Below, one piece after another: positions 48,801 to 62,280 of a stretch of DNA of 64,000 nt; the stretch's first letter is position 1, and the number at the start of each line of letters is the position of its first letter. Source of the stretch: Ylistrum balloti (taxonomy: Eukaryota); the NCBI RefSeq assembly GCF_031769215.1, contig NW_026781917.1, forward strand, positions 2,170,001 to 2,234,000, written 5' to 3'. A program made the position numbers and the translations under genes. The notes below the pieces were generated by a model. It was not told the DNA's origin. It saw nothing but the letters and a program-made list of their open reading frames with translations, and searched no databases.

Positions 48801-51626
48801 GATTTTTCCTTTTCAGCTTCACAGCAGTACGGATGGTTGAAGTATACTTCATGTTGTCCTGTATAGAATAAATTTTATGGCTCTACTCTTATAAACATTC
48901 TAGTTCAAATTTGAATCAATGAAAACAAATTTTCCTGACTGTTTTCTAATATAGACAGTGAGAGGACAGCTGATATTTTCTGTTTTGTGTTGGAAGCAAA
49001 TTCAGCTACTTAAAGAATTTTTAAAAACATAATTCAAGCCAACATGATGACTTTCATTGGGGTTACAAAATAACTCTTGTGTTTTCAAGCCTACAAGAAA
49101 GCATTTGTTTAAACATAGATTTTTAACAATCCTTTAAAAGAATGCTTATCCTTAGGCAATAACTCGATTTAGTAAAGAAGTTACTTCTGTGCTAATTTCA
49201 ATGTCCCAACTTGTACGTTTATTTTTTATGTTATGTTTTGTTGTTCAGCACATATACAATCTTTCAAATCATTAAAGAAAAACTTAAATTGGTAATCTAG
49301 ATTACAGATTGCAGATTATTTTCTCAAAATTACAAATTCACACCTAGAAATTTTGTTCGAAAATGTTTTGTCAAAATATTGGTATCTTCCATATCAAACA
49401 GGACAGTAAGTAAATTAATATTTGCCCACATTTCCTTAACTGCATCGTTTCTCCATTGTGCAACAAATGTCTCAAATGACATCATATTCAATTTAGGTAA
49501 ATTATTAATTATTGTTTTAGTGTACCGGACAACATCCTGTAAACGATATCTTGTCATTCATAAAAATATTGATTTATGCACTAACCGTAATCGATATCTT
49601 GCAGTTTGACCTTGGGATGTGTTTTATATCGGTGGTCTTTTTTTCATTCGTCAGGTTTTGCGGATGAAGAAACCATTCGTGTGTGGTGCAAAGGCTATGT
49701 ATCACACGGTATCATAACGACCAGTAGTAAATCCGTTTACATCCGACTCACAACAACTTCCGATGACGTCACAGGACTTATATTTATGCTGAAGTTTTGG
49801 TCTACTATGAGTAAGTAAAATCAATTTTTGCTTTTTTTGTGATTAACTAATTTATAAAAAATATTCATTCCGATTTGAATTTTTTTTCCATATGAGAGGC
49901 AGAAATATGAGACTTGAGTCAAATAATACATAAATATTTCCAGAATGTAAGCGTGTAATATTGGATTTGAAGCAAACAGTTTTAAATCATCAATGCCCCC
50001 TGGAGCAAGAAAAACGTTAAATAAGTAATAGATGTGTATGTAAACTAATTGAATAGTATATAAATATATACCAGTACTTGGAACCATTACAATCCCTTGT
50101 AATTACAATCTATATATGGATATCATGTAAACATTAACAGTGGAAAATATATGTATACAAACAAAACAATGCTTATCTATACTCTATATTTTATTAAGGC
50201 TTAAGCTGATAGTGTTTGTTCAGTTAAAATATTGTTGGTGAGAAAATTGACTAATAAAAAACTGTGTGTATTGATAGCATTGCAATGACAATGGCAACTA
50301 ATAAAAAGCCGATGGGGAAGCTTGTATTATCCTTTCGAATCCGCTAGTCTGTTAGGCATATTCTTGTCACACCTGTGACTGTGACCTTCAAAGAATGTCG
50401 TCCTCAAAGTTAGCACCAACAATTACTGCAATTAAAAAAAAATCATCTGTTTAATTATTGTGCTCGTGGCCTTCAAGGCTGATCAAAAGCATACGTTACA
50501 AACTGTTAAACGGAAAATATAATGACGATGTATGTCATTTTTTTTTAGTTTTGATGGTGTCAGCTTAAAAGGTACAATTTTATGACGAGTTTGACTCTAT
50601 TAACTGATGACTAACAGCTGACATGTAAGCCCTTCAACTCGGTATGCAAATTGCAAAAAGCCATATAATTTACTTGTGTGTGATTCATTGAGACTGTCAA
50701 TGCTTTTGACTTCTGTTGTATTGAAAGTGGGTTAAAGCATTTCAATATGCTTTATAACCCCACATTAATGAAATAAAACATACATTATACGCCTCTCGTC
50801 CCTATCCAGATGTTGCATATTTGAAACAACTCTTTAGTTCCTTTTGATTTTTAAGGCCAAAATCATTTCTGTTGTCAAAATCGATGGTCTATTATTCAAG
50901 TATGCTATACATGGAATGTCATTCAAAAATTCGATCAAGTTTGCTATTAGAATAAAAATGTTAAGGTTATACAGATTTGAAAAAGCTTGATTGTCTTTGA
51001 CATCAGAAAATATAATGGCAATCTATATAATACAAATATATCGGATGCTAGAAAGAATTCTATTAAAGACCAATTGACGGTAGGCGATCGGTCAAGTCTT
51101 ACATCAGTTAACGCTGACCATCTCTTGTAGACTTTTCCCATAGTTATTTTTATTAAAAAGATATGTTTCAAATAGACAGGAATTGTCCATATAATGATAC
51201 TTCAGATATATAAAGACGTAAAATGTGTTAATATCATCCGTAGTTTTCTGCCTGACTGATTCACTTATTTCCTTGACGTCACACTTCCGGTCAGTTATAT
51301 TTCACTTACATTCTGATTTTCTTACAGGTCAAACTGTCTCTGGACCAGTACGTCTCGGACCTGCCAATTATTTCCTCATATCCGTTAGTATCCTTGTTGG
51401 TACTGCTCTCTTAGTTGGGGTCATGTACCTCTTTTATAGGGAGTACACTACCATCAAGGAGAGGAAAGAGCAAACGTTTAAGAAGAAGCTTCGTGTTAGG
51501 AGACAGGGAATTAGTGGAGCTAGTGGTATAGTTAACACACAGTTCGAAATGGAGGACACAAGTAGTGAAAAAGAAACGACTTTATCCTACCTAACAGTCT
51601 CGCCAAGTCCAGATTGTAGTGTGTGA
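36878..51626 (+). CDS. Single-CUB-domain type I membrane protein, 242 aa, with a cytoplasmic ITIM
   Basis: Exons 36878-36935, 38890-38980, 39631-39755, 49655-49810 and 51328-51626 all have GT-AG borders with matching phases (729 nt). The product has a signal peptide (MTSMCTRIFLITMYTTIV), a CUB pattern (CASTITLQAE...RCSWLIRA...C.MDNV.LSKG...WCKG...TSSKSVYIRLTT...F.LKF), a TM segment (YFLISVSILVGTALLVGVMYLFY) and a tail with LSYLTV. Extra exons could lie in the 9.9-kb intron or the gap. Confidence 0.85.
37068..38610. repeat. 42-bp minisatellite, about 36-37 units, in an intron of the CUB gene
   Basis: Unit CGATCGTTCCTGTTTGGTCTTGTTCAGGAGGATTAAATTTAG with an interspersed TTTCTGAGAATT variant. 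The 531-aa ORF results from a period divisible by 3. Confidence 0.97.
39364..39534. mobile_element. Tc1/mariner(pogo)-type MITE
   Basis: TA-flanked imperfect TIRs: TACAAAGTCGAACTTCGTTATCTCGAA at the left and TTCTAGATAACGGAGTTTTACTGTA at the right. Confidence 0.7.
42117..43640 (+). repeat. 54-bp tandem array (about 26 units) inside the same dispersed element as 13463-13830
   Basis: Unit GTTGTGTGATATAAAGCTGGACGTGTTTGATGTTCGTTAGTATGTCTGGTGGTTCC, followed by the CTTACCCTTCCGGAACACCTT tail. Confidence 0.95.
44310..44466. other. Assembly gap (157 N)
   Basis: Run of N. Confidence 1.
47630..47835 (-). mobile_element. Inverted copy of the 54-bp-array element with about 1 unit
   Basis: The reverse complement reads ...GTGTTTGATATCCGTTAGTTTGCCTGTTGGTTCCGTTGTTG...GTTCTCATTTGAGAACG...GAACACCTGGTCTTATTCTCC, matching 13660-13830. 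Confidence 0.8.
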
Positions 51627-54600
51627 TCATTGCTCATAACGTTTCTCAAATGAACTGGATACTTATCATTAAAATCCTATTGATGCCCATCAGAGGAATA
51701 CAAGATCCGTTCCTATATCAAACGATTTAATGATAGATTTCACCTCTTGCCACGTTACAAGAACACTTTATAGTGTTAAAACAACACAAATATTGGGAAA
51801 CACCAGTATAAATAAGATATGAAGTGTTTAACCCATAATTCTTTCGGAGCGTAAAAAGCTAAATGGGTTCTTCTAAAGATTTCTGCGAGATTACACAAAA
51901 CTGAAAAAAACCACCAGGAAACATACTGATCGCTTGAAGCTTCAATATCTATCTGAAAGGATAATCATGTATTGACACCCAAAAAGTCTTACGTTTCGAC
52001 TGGTGTTTTGCATGTTTTGTTTTTCAATATATCGAAAATTTGGATCTAGTCATGGTGGATAAAATGGAAGAATACATCAAAATATGTGTTCCAATATCTA
52101 TGGCAAATATGGCAAAACTTTATTGCTTTGACAGGAACCTAACAAACACTATGGAGGATAGTACAGCGGTCTCCGTATCGAGAAAACTACCCCATACTAA
52201 CCTGTTTTAAACGAGTGTCACAACAATATGTATATCATATTTCATGCACATTATTAATGCTGTCACACGCGATATTATCATCTAGCACTGGCGCTATTGT
52301 TGTTTGTTTGCCTTGGTAATCACATATACCCAATATGTATCTTATATGATGATTCTAATGGAAAAACATCACTGTGCTGATTCCCATTAATTATCTACAC
52401 GTAAGGTGAATATCTGAATTATGCCGCTCTCTGATATAATTATTAATGATCAGTAATGGTTTTTTTTTCTAATCAGAAAATGGAAATGCAAAGTCCACGA
52501 CATGGTCAAAAGTGCTTTGCTGGTTTTTTTATTTTGATATATTAATAGCCAATGCTTATCCCGAACGAATGTATTGATTATTTGACCAACATGCTGACTA
52601 AAGACTACCAATACATAATTTGTTCTTCTCTATGATAATGATAAAACAGAAATTGATTTGTAATAAGTTTCTATGCAATTAAATACGATTGTGATGAAAG
52701 TCATTGTATATTTTCCTATGATTTAAGAATATGTATCTATCTTATTGATTTTCAGTTTTGGGGTGGGGGTCCTACCCCTCTGGTATTTGACCTTCATTTA
52801 TACCAATTAAGAATTTACTTCAGTTGTCTCCTATGTTTCAAAAACATAGACTTTCACATCATTGACAAGTTTTAGAAAGACAAATAGCGGTAAATTACGA
52901 CTCAATTCGTTATTTGGCTATAATCTAATAAGAAATTTGTGTTGAAAGGTATAACTAACTTATGCATTGTGTAAGATCATTGAACAATTAATGAATTTTG
53001 GATCAGTGATGTAACATTTATTCATGAAGCGCTGTGGTGCTTGAAAAAGACTTTCTAAGCAATCCCATACATCACTTCATATTGGTATTCTCAACATGAC
53101 AACAAAGCCTATATTTGGGGATGAAAGAACTTTCGGCTATACTATTTAATATTGTCATGGTGCTCTAACAATGTGATTTTTTACGTAATTGAACGTTTTA
53201 TCATTAATATCCGAGCCCTATGTGTTCTGTCTGTACCTTTTATCTTCCTTTGTGTATGAATAATGACATTAAATCAGTAATCAAATGGGATATTTATAGG
53301 ATAATCAATATCCTCTTAATAGATCTAATATATTTCATCCACCTTATAATTCCTTTTATCATATAAATGCTTCGTTATTAGTGTAATAGCACCTGTTAAG
53401 TGTAATGATACCATTTGTGATTTGCTAAAGGCTCTCGTCAGTTGTCACGTCAGCATTATTTGCGTTGCGTTAGGTGTATTATGACTTCACCAAAGCAAAG
53501 TGAAAATATTGCAAATGTAGATTTTGAAAATTAGAAAGTTATTTGATAAATATAATAAACCATTCGTTCCCTTTTCATAAGTTGGAGATCATTATTGATC
53601 TCAATGCCTTTGGTAGGCTTACTTTTCTGACGATCCAGCGAGCTAGATATAAAGAAGTTCTCAATAGCCGAATGGTTTTTTGCAGATATAATTTTATCGG
53701 GGTTATATAAGAAACTTTTTGTTGCATAAGTATCATATGGAATGAAAACTGATTCAAGGTCTACCTATTGAATGATATCTCAGGGTTAGAGCACAAAATA
53801 TCCAAAATTTTACAAATTCGTTACGACAAAAAAATGAAAAAAATGTTAGTATTGTTTTATGCAAGTGTTCCTATTATTGATTTTGATGAATGAATAACAA
53901 TTAAGATTCACATCAAAGCTGAGATAAATGTAGACGAAGGTAATTGATCAGGTCTATACATTATAAAACTGGATCTGAACAGAGCCTTCAGTTGGACAAG
54001 CTCATCAGTCAATATTAATGACGATCGATCAATAGCAACACAAACCAATTTCCCTGTATCTATGGTATCATTTGCTAGGTCATGTTTACAAACATTTCGA
54101 TCTATTTAAGGTCAAGGTCATGAAAGCCGTTACATAAAGTATGAAGAATTATCATGAACATTTAAATGACGACCATTTTTTAATCGATTTATCCTAAGGA
54201 CAGTGTCTTGCTTCAATAACAATTCGAATCATCGGAGAATATACAACAGTGTGCAACAGAAGACGTCAGAACATGATTTCAATGCAGGAGGTTGCTGCAC
54301 TTTCAAAGAACACTGATTGTACTTCCGGTAATTAGTTGAGAAGCATTGTCTCCCTTTCAGCGTTAGTATTCCCAAACATCCTGTTATTGTAACAAATATG
54401 GGTTTTGGTTTTGTTACAGGAAAAAGGTAATGTAGTATGTTTCGTTTTCCTTTGCTGCTGGTGGGTGATTCTATACCGACCTATTCTTACCATTGTTTCT
54501 TGACGTATCAGTAGTATGATCGTATCGAACACGATGGATATTTGATAATCTGCCATGTTATTAATTAATTAGGTATGAGTAAACTACATTTTGATCAAAA

Positions 54601-55376
54601 TATCTCTGAACTATCCATTGGAAATTATCAAAAAAGCTGGCTTCATCAGATGTTCATTAGATAATAAGCTAGCAAAATGACGGTATCAGACCATCGGATT
54701 AAAGTCTAGAGTTTACTGAATGTTTTCTTACGACCAATGAGACATGCTCTTTCATATGTGCTTAAATCTTGCATCGATGGAATGTTAATATCATTTCAAT
54801 GACATTTGTCACTGCAGAACTATTTTGCCTTGTTATATTTTGTTTATTTTGATAATTCATATTACATTTTCCTCGTTTGTTCTTGACACTTATCCATTTT
54901 AGGGGAATTTTCATCACGAAGTCGTAGAAGAGAAGCAATTATAAATCAAATCATAATCTAAAAAGGGATGATCACAATGTTAAAAATACGTCACAAACGT
55001 AATGACGTCTTAATATCACAAAGGGCGACAATAAAACTATATGAAAAGGTAAATGTTATACAAATTAATTTTATTGTTGACTAAACAATGCATACAGTTT
55101 GTCTAAGGTTTACAGTCTTTCAGATTGATACACAGGGATATCCCATATTTTAGCCTTGCTTGCGTTGTAAAATAATGATTTTGTTTTTGAATGGTCTTAA
55201 AAGAAAACAGCATCTGAGGTTTCTTGATTAAATCCGGGGAAAAATGTTTTTTGTTGTCATAAGCGACAATGTCGCTAGTTTTAAATTCAAGCTTCGGAAC
55301 GTTTGAATTTCATTTTAAGTAAAATGGAAATGTTTAGCCTGATAGCATATCATAGGATTACACAATACACATATTT

Positions 55377-58300
55377 TCAGGGGTCAAATTTTGTAGCTTC
55401 ACCGTCCACTTCCGCTTGCCGCGTCGGCTCTGGAGTTTCACCCCCTACTTCACTGTACACCGGTAAACTTACTTGATCCGGATCTTTCTCTACTTCGTGC
55501 AGATTTTTAAGTTCCGGTTCTAGTTCTTGATTTCTATCATTGACTTCTGGATCAGGTTCGGTTTCTTGAACACCCTGATCATCCTCATTGATTTCCATAT
55601 AATCGTCAGTCACCCCCGGGGTTGTTGGAGCTAACGTGATCCTCTCAGCGTCTATTCCGGGGGTTGTGGCACACAAAGTGATACCGCCATCATCGTCCTG
55701 TATAGGAGACGGACCGAAGCGACAAATCGCCATTTCACTGACCGTTGGATACGGCGAGTTCGTTGCAAACATTCCGTCTCTGCTAAACGCAGAATTGACT
55801 CTGTCGAACGTGTTCATTGGTGGAGATTTAACTGGCTCCACTGCTGGCGTGACGTGTTTAACTTTCCATTTCTTGTAGCATCCGACGACTATAGCAGCGA
55901 CGATAACTGTCATTATGATTAAAGTTACCAGAACGATGGCGACGATTGATCCAGCACTTATTACAGAGTCAGTCGACGATGTCGTCGGAACTAATCGGGG
56001 GAAAAAGAGATTTTTTTTAAAATAAAGAACAAACTATAAACAAAATAAATAAAAATGCATATATTATTATCCAATTATAGTGAGAAAGGAGGCAAAAGGA
56101 GAATGTATATATCTAATAATTATTCAAAATACTCAACATCAAAATTCAATTGATTTTATCTTTGAACAATTTTATTAAATCCAAAATATGTATGTGAAGG
56201 GTTTTATTTTCGACTAATGAGAATTAAAAAAATAATTTAACAATCATAATACATTTTTTCCACCAAAGTTAAAAAAAATAATAGATTGATTTTCTGTTTA
56301 ATTTCTCTTATGAAATAAAAGCACTTAACATGAAGTACTTACCGCAGGTTTCTGTAATAAACAGAAAGTACATAAAAATAAAAACACGTTTACATCACAA
56401 TGATATATTGTTATCACATGGTCAATCATCATGGGAAGTGATTCGTCACAGAATATTTGCTTTAGCAGGTTTGTATCAAGATCAAGAAGTCTGTGCATGT
56501 ACGGAGTATTCGTATTACGATAATGAAATATTTAGTTTGGCGTGAAATGTAAAAAAATGACATGACATTACTATACTTATTGTATAACAATAAAGGCAAG
56601 TTATTTTTGCGCTCACGTCAACAAATCATGCGTATTTACGTCACAGATTTATGAGTGCTTACCACTAGAGATGAGTTCTAGCGAAGCGCCCGGAGAGACG
56701 ACGCTGATAGAAGTTTGTGAGTAGTGACAACCTTGAGGAAACTGTGTCATAGAGACACGCGAATCATTGGCTGACAAAGACGCTGCCTGTATAGTTAAAT
56801 AAAACAACACATAAAGCGATCATGCAGAAACGTTATTTTTTTTACCTCTAATAAAGCCCGGAAGAATATAGACAAAACAATATACATTGTAGATGTGTTA
56901 GTTGATAAAAATGCATATATACGATTTTTTTTAAATACCAAAACAAAATCATGTGTGGCTGAAACAAGGAAACATATAAATAACACCATTTGATACAAAT
57001 TAATAATAGAATACAGTATATGCCAAATAATACATTTAAATAAATCTTGCAGCTTTTGCGTCCTTTATGATAATGAATAATTCATTAGTGGGATTGATGC
57101 AATGTTGATTCCAACGATTTAGGCCCTTTATATCACTGATGAGTCTGACAAGCCGACAACTGCATAACGAAGTTTAATTCATTATTTCAATATTTTATAT
57201 CTTATTCTATATTTGTTTTGGGAAATGATATCCGCGTATTGTGTATTTTGTTCAACATTGTCAGGATTCGTCAAAGATTCGAAGGGCCAAAATCAATAAA
57301 GCTAATTAGAATAATGGAAAGTCAGAAAAAAAAATAAATAAAAACTGTCTCGACCATCAAGGCGTTACGATGCTATAGTTTCATTTTTATTACAAACTTG
57401 AAAATCTTTCATATGATCCTTATCACTTAATACCTTTCATTTGATTTTAAGTATATAGCGAAACAAAGTAAAAGCAGTGACGAGAAACAAGATTTAATGC
57501 TTTCAAGAAGTCATCTTATAACTGAAATCAAAAGCTAACAAATGATTATTTAGAAATTAGAAGTAACCAGTTTTGTGCTGAAAATTTACTGATATTAACA
57601 TTGACAAATTTAAAACGATTTTAAATCTAATTCTGTATTTCCTAAAAAAGAAAATTAATGAAAGCCTACTCTTATAACTGAAAACAGCAATTATTGCAAA
57701 TCGATTGTACAAACTGGATAGAAGTGTATTTTCATAAAGGGCAGATAACTCTGATTTTTGTTCCGTTTCTCTGTATATTTATCAAATCTCTTCAAACAAT
57801 TATATCAATTAGTCTTGTACTGCTGATTCTTGAAGTCACCAGTTTTATGAATCTATATCTAATTAATATAAATTGAAAAAAGGTAATAAATAAAAAATTA
57901 TAACAAGTGTATATACGGTAACTCCCTAGGTTTTATTCTATGAATTTTAACAGCAAAGTGCTGAACGAACATTGACTCTTTGTTTTGTTTTTTTACTTGT
58001 ACTTGTCTTCAAAAAGGAAAATCGCCTTGAGTAGACAGTAAAGAAAATTATTAGGATTTAATAATATAAACCTGTCATTCAGAACTCTATTTACTTACAT
58101 AGCACGTGAATCTATAATAAGTACTTTCATCGGGGTCAGTAGTATCTGTGTTCATGGCAAGAAAGTATACTTCATCACCGGACTCCTCAGAATATACACA
58201 CGTCAGCTTACCATCCTCTGTTATATAATAAAATAAAACGTGTTTTATTTCCATTATGCCGACAATACTTTATGATAATGCATCCGTCATTATCAACACC

Positions 58301-61300
58301 TTTTTATGGCGGTGCCTTCTGTATTCTAGTATCTTTAAATTACAAATACAAAGTACGAAATACACCAGCGAAAATTTCACAAGCCTAACATCAGATTTTC
58401 ATCATGTTTGAATATCATTTTCAATTACGCTTTAGATATCAATTCAACATTCTCTCTTTTAAAAAGACACAGGAAATAATTATATCACGCATTTTTCATT
58501 TCTCTACAGCTTCAACAATAATACCATGACAAAATCAATATCTTGGTTAACTTCCTTTTCCTTATAGTATCATACTAGATTCCTTTGTTTATCAAGTGCA
58601 CATAGCATGGCTGAGAATATTCAGAGCGTGAGAATACTCTGGAAAGAAAATGATGAAGGACCGACTGATGGAGTGGCGCTCGAGCAAAATCATTGTTTCA
58701 GTCGTCATTATTTCACAACATTTGATATATCATTTTTGCTCACGTGAATATCCCTGTTTTTCTGCACATGCGCTGTAATTGTAAGACATTTCAGCATTGT
58801 CACTGCACACTTCCAGTTCCGTCGAGCCAGTACAAAGGTTTCCGGATCCAGTATCATAAGTGTAGTTAAATATCCCGAGTAGAGAATCCGGACAGTTGAT
58901 TTTTGCATTGGCGATACTTCCTGTTGGTGAAAAAAATGAAAACATTGACGGACGATTCCAAAACAGTACCGTCACTATCAGATGATATTTGAACGAAGCG
59001 GTTCAGTTCCTTGATACTATGAACATATTCAGTATACTTTGGAAATTGTTTTTAGTAGTTTTCCAGAACTGTTTTAATGATAAAGCCGTTAAAACAAACA
59101 CACTGTGACAGCTATGTAAATATCTACACATATTTTTTTTGTTTACCCAAGTACCTGTATACTCACCATTCTTAACAAACGCCGCCATTTGTCTGACGTC
59201 ACGACTTGCTGAAAAGTCACAATCATTGCTGATGGAAAAAGAATACCCGCTTACTTTAAGGACAAGTCTGTCGTTTGTAGTATTTGCTAATACAGCTGGC
59301 AAAACAGTAAAGAAAAGTATGTTAAAACATTTTAACAGATTAACACATCTAACTGCAAAAGGTAAAACCTAGTTAAAACGTGACAATATCTTCATTAAAT
59401 GACTCTTCAACGTTTGATATCTATTTTAATCAATTGATATTTATAAACAAATTTCCAAGTATCAAGTATTATTTAATTAAGATGCTGATAACCGATATCA
59501 TTAACGGATTCCTGTTAATAAGTAAAACTTTTATTTCTGAGTTCTTCAACAACATTTTCATTAATGATAAAATGTAGCACCTTAAGCTGTGAAATGAACA
59601 CTTTTTTCATATGCTCTCTGGGATAATAACGAAGGGAAATGGTGTATTACATACGTAGAGCTGTGTAGTAGACAACTTTATCTGAAGACTGAGAAAACAT
59701 ATCGAGACACAGGGCGAGCTGTAGTGACACACCCAGATAGGGGAAGCTGTTGGATCTGGAAAAAATGGTATAGTATACTATATAATGGTTTTTTGAAAGG
59801 ATTCCAAGGAATCCTTATGAACGTCCTTGCATGAAATAAAGTTTTGAATCATTGATATTTTTATAAGTAGTTTCATGTAAAAGAAGTCTTCTCATTTGTT
59901 TAGTTTCGTTTCATACTCCTGCAACAGTTTATTATTTTTCTTCCGTTTTTTTACACAGTTCAAATATCACTGGTTTTCTGGCCATAGATAAAAGTAAATA
60001 GGTTGCGTATGAATATCGTTTACATCTGATCCGCTTTACACATGTCTATCAACATTTTATTTCGCAACCAAATATAGCTTCTACATAAACTTGGTTCATT
60101 GTCTGATTATTTTATTTGAAGATAGATATTGTACTTTCACCCCAATAATACGCCAATCTTTGCTGTATATATAATAATATCAATAGTTTTCAACGAGCAA
60201 TAAATTCGATCTTTAAGGGAAATCTATAGTAAGATTAGAACGACTCCCCATCATCTAAAATTCATTCAAAGGTATGAATATACATTGTTACTTACACCGC
60301 GAGGTAGTAGTTGTTTGAATTCTCTGTGCACGTAAAGGTTTGTACACCAAATGTGGAGACACTATATTTAGTGGTGAAGGCACTGGAAGTAAAGGTAACT
60401 TCTCCGAAATCACTGGAATACCATACTCCATTGAGGTCGCTTGGGTAGGAACAGGTCGCTTCTGTAATTTAAAATACGATTACAAAAGCTTATAAAAAAA
60501 TTGTATTTTGATAAACTGTATATTCTCAATCACTGAAAAAAGCATTATATCAAATCCTGATAGACTGAAAAGTACAAAAGACACACAAGTGAATAGTTCC
60601 GCTCATTACAAATTAAGAATAATAAACAGTAAAGCGAGATAATGAATTCTTGTCATACAGCTGTTCCGTCCTTCTAGGGTTCGTCAGTGATGTTGCATCA
60701 TACAGCAGTTTCTTCCTTCAAGGGTTCGTCAGTGATACTGCATCATACAGTTGTTTCGTCCTTCTAGGACTTGTCAGTGATGCTACATCATACAGCAATT
60801 TCTTCCTTCTAGGGTTCGTCAGTGATACTGCATCATACAGTTGTTTCGTCCTTCTAGGACTTGTCAATGATGCTACATCATACAGCTGTTCCGTCCTTCT
60901 AGGGTTCGTCAGTGATGTTGCATCATACAGCAGTTTCTTCCTTCAAGGGTTCGTCAATGATACTGCATCATACAGTTGTTTCGTCCTTCTAGGACTTGTC
61001 AGTGATGCTACATCATACAGCAGTTTCTTCCTTCAAGGGTTCGTCAGTAATACTGCATCATACAGCTGTTTCGTCCTTCTAGGACTTGTCAATGATGCTA
61101 AGGGCCAAATTTTGAAACTTAGGAGGCGACCGAAGCAAGCAAAGATCGATGAAAAAAATGCCGATCTAGATGGGAAGTACACTAGCCCCATGATTAATCA
61201 AACTTTTGATTTTTATATATCTGGTAATTTTGATAGAGGTAAATGTGTTATCTGAATGGTGTTTATATTCAAATTAATGAAAACGGATCATACAGGTTAC

Positions 61301-62280
61301 GGCAAACCTCGGGGATTGAAGTAAGTTAGATATGGGAAGCCAACTTTCTAACCAAGATTCTGAAGTTGAAATGATCTACAACTTCCATCTGGGTGTCAGA
61401 ATGGTCATTTTAAAAAATCATCTGACCTTTTAAGTGTATTTTACTGGAAGGGATATAACCATGTGTGGAGGAGATGGACATTTTTGACTTGAGGTGTTTT
61501 GCATATTTAGTATATAGAATCGTGCCTTTCCAGGAGTTAAAACTTTAAAAAAAAGTATTATTTCAAGGATCATGATGGAATTGACACATCTAATGCCCAC
61601 ATAATCGACATATACACATTCAATAATAAACAAATCATTATTTTTTCATAATAACAAGACAGATACAGCTGAGACCACATTCAAAGTGTATTCATCCAAT
61701 TCTTTCTGTAAATTCAAAAGTCCTTGAAAGCAAAAATCAGCAATATGATCGTAGCCGATAGAAACATTTTAAGACATCCGGAGTGATTGATATAAAAAAA
61801 ACCCCACAAAATCTAATACATTATCGTCAAAATCGTCGTAAAATCAATTTCAAGACAATTAACACAAGATTACAATAAAGATGATGTCATCTCGTTGTCT
61901 TCCATATTAAAAGGAAATATCAATTTTGATTGATATTAGTGATACATTCATAGGGCAAAGTAATGTTGATATTATTTTACAACATTATTTTAAGTGATAC
62001 ATTAAAACTTCATTGATAAATACTAACAATGATAATTTCCATAAATATATATGAGTTACCGGGTATTTATTCTATTATATTTCACGTAAGATAATACAAA
62101 ATGTCTGCAAGTTTAAATTCATAATCCATTTCAATTGAAATCGAACCAAATAATTTAAATAACAAAAGCAATTAAAAGTAATTATAGAAATTTACCTGTG
62201 AAAGGGAGACACACTAAGGTCAAGACAAGGATGATCCCTGCTGACCGACACAGTCGGCTTAGCTCCCTTGGGGCCGACAT
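55377..62280 (-). CDS. Type I membrane protein, 504 aa, with two Cys-containing extracellular repeats and a Tyr-motif tail
   Basis: Exons 62280-62196, 60461-60296, 59755-59655, 59295-59167, 58920-58744, 58217-58099, 56786-56663 and 55990-55377 have GT-AG borders with matching phases (1515 nt). The product has a signal peptide (MSAPRELSRLCRSAGIILVLTLVCLPFT), repeats starting CSYPSDLNGVW and CPDSLLGIFNYTY, and a TM segment (IVAIVLVTLIIMTVIVAAIVVGCY). Confidence 0.9.
60652..61100. repeat. 45-bp intronic minisatellite, 10 units, arranged (ABCBC)x2
   Basis: Units begin TCATACAG and fall into three variants ending GTTGCA, ACTGCA and GCTACA. Confidence 0.93.

Noticed and set aside
51615-51626. C-terminal DCSV as a PDZ-binding motif
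   Set aside because: The -2 residue is Cys, not Ser/Thr, so it does not fit class I well.
439-61100. Tandem arrays as possible CRISPR arrays
   Set aside because: There are no unique spacers, the units are contiguous, the context is eukaryotic and there are no cas genes.
60650-61255. 201-aa plus-strand ORF
   Set aside because: It is a read-through of the 45-bp minisatellite, antisense within an intron; all three minus-strand frames contain stops.
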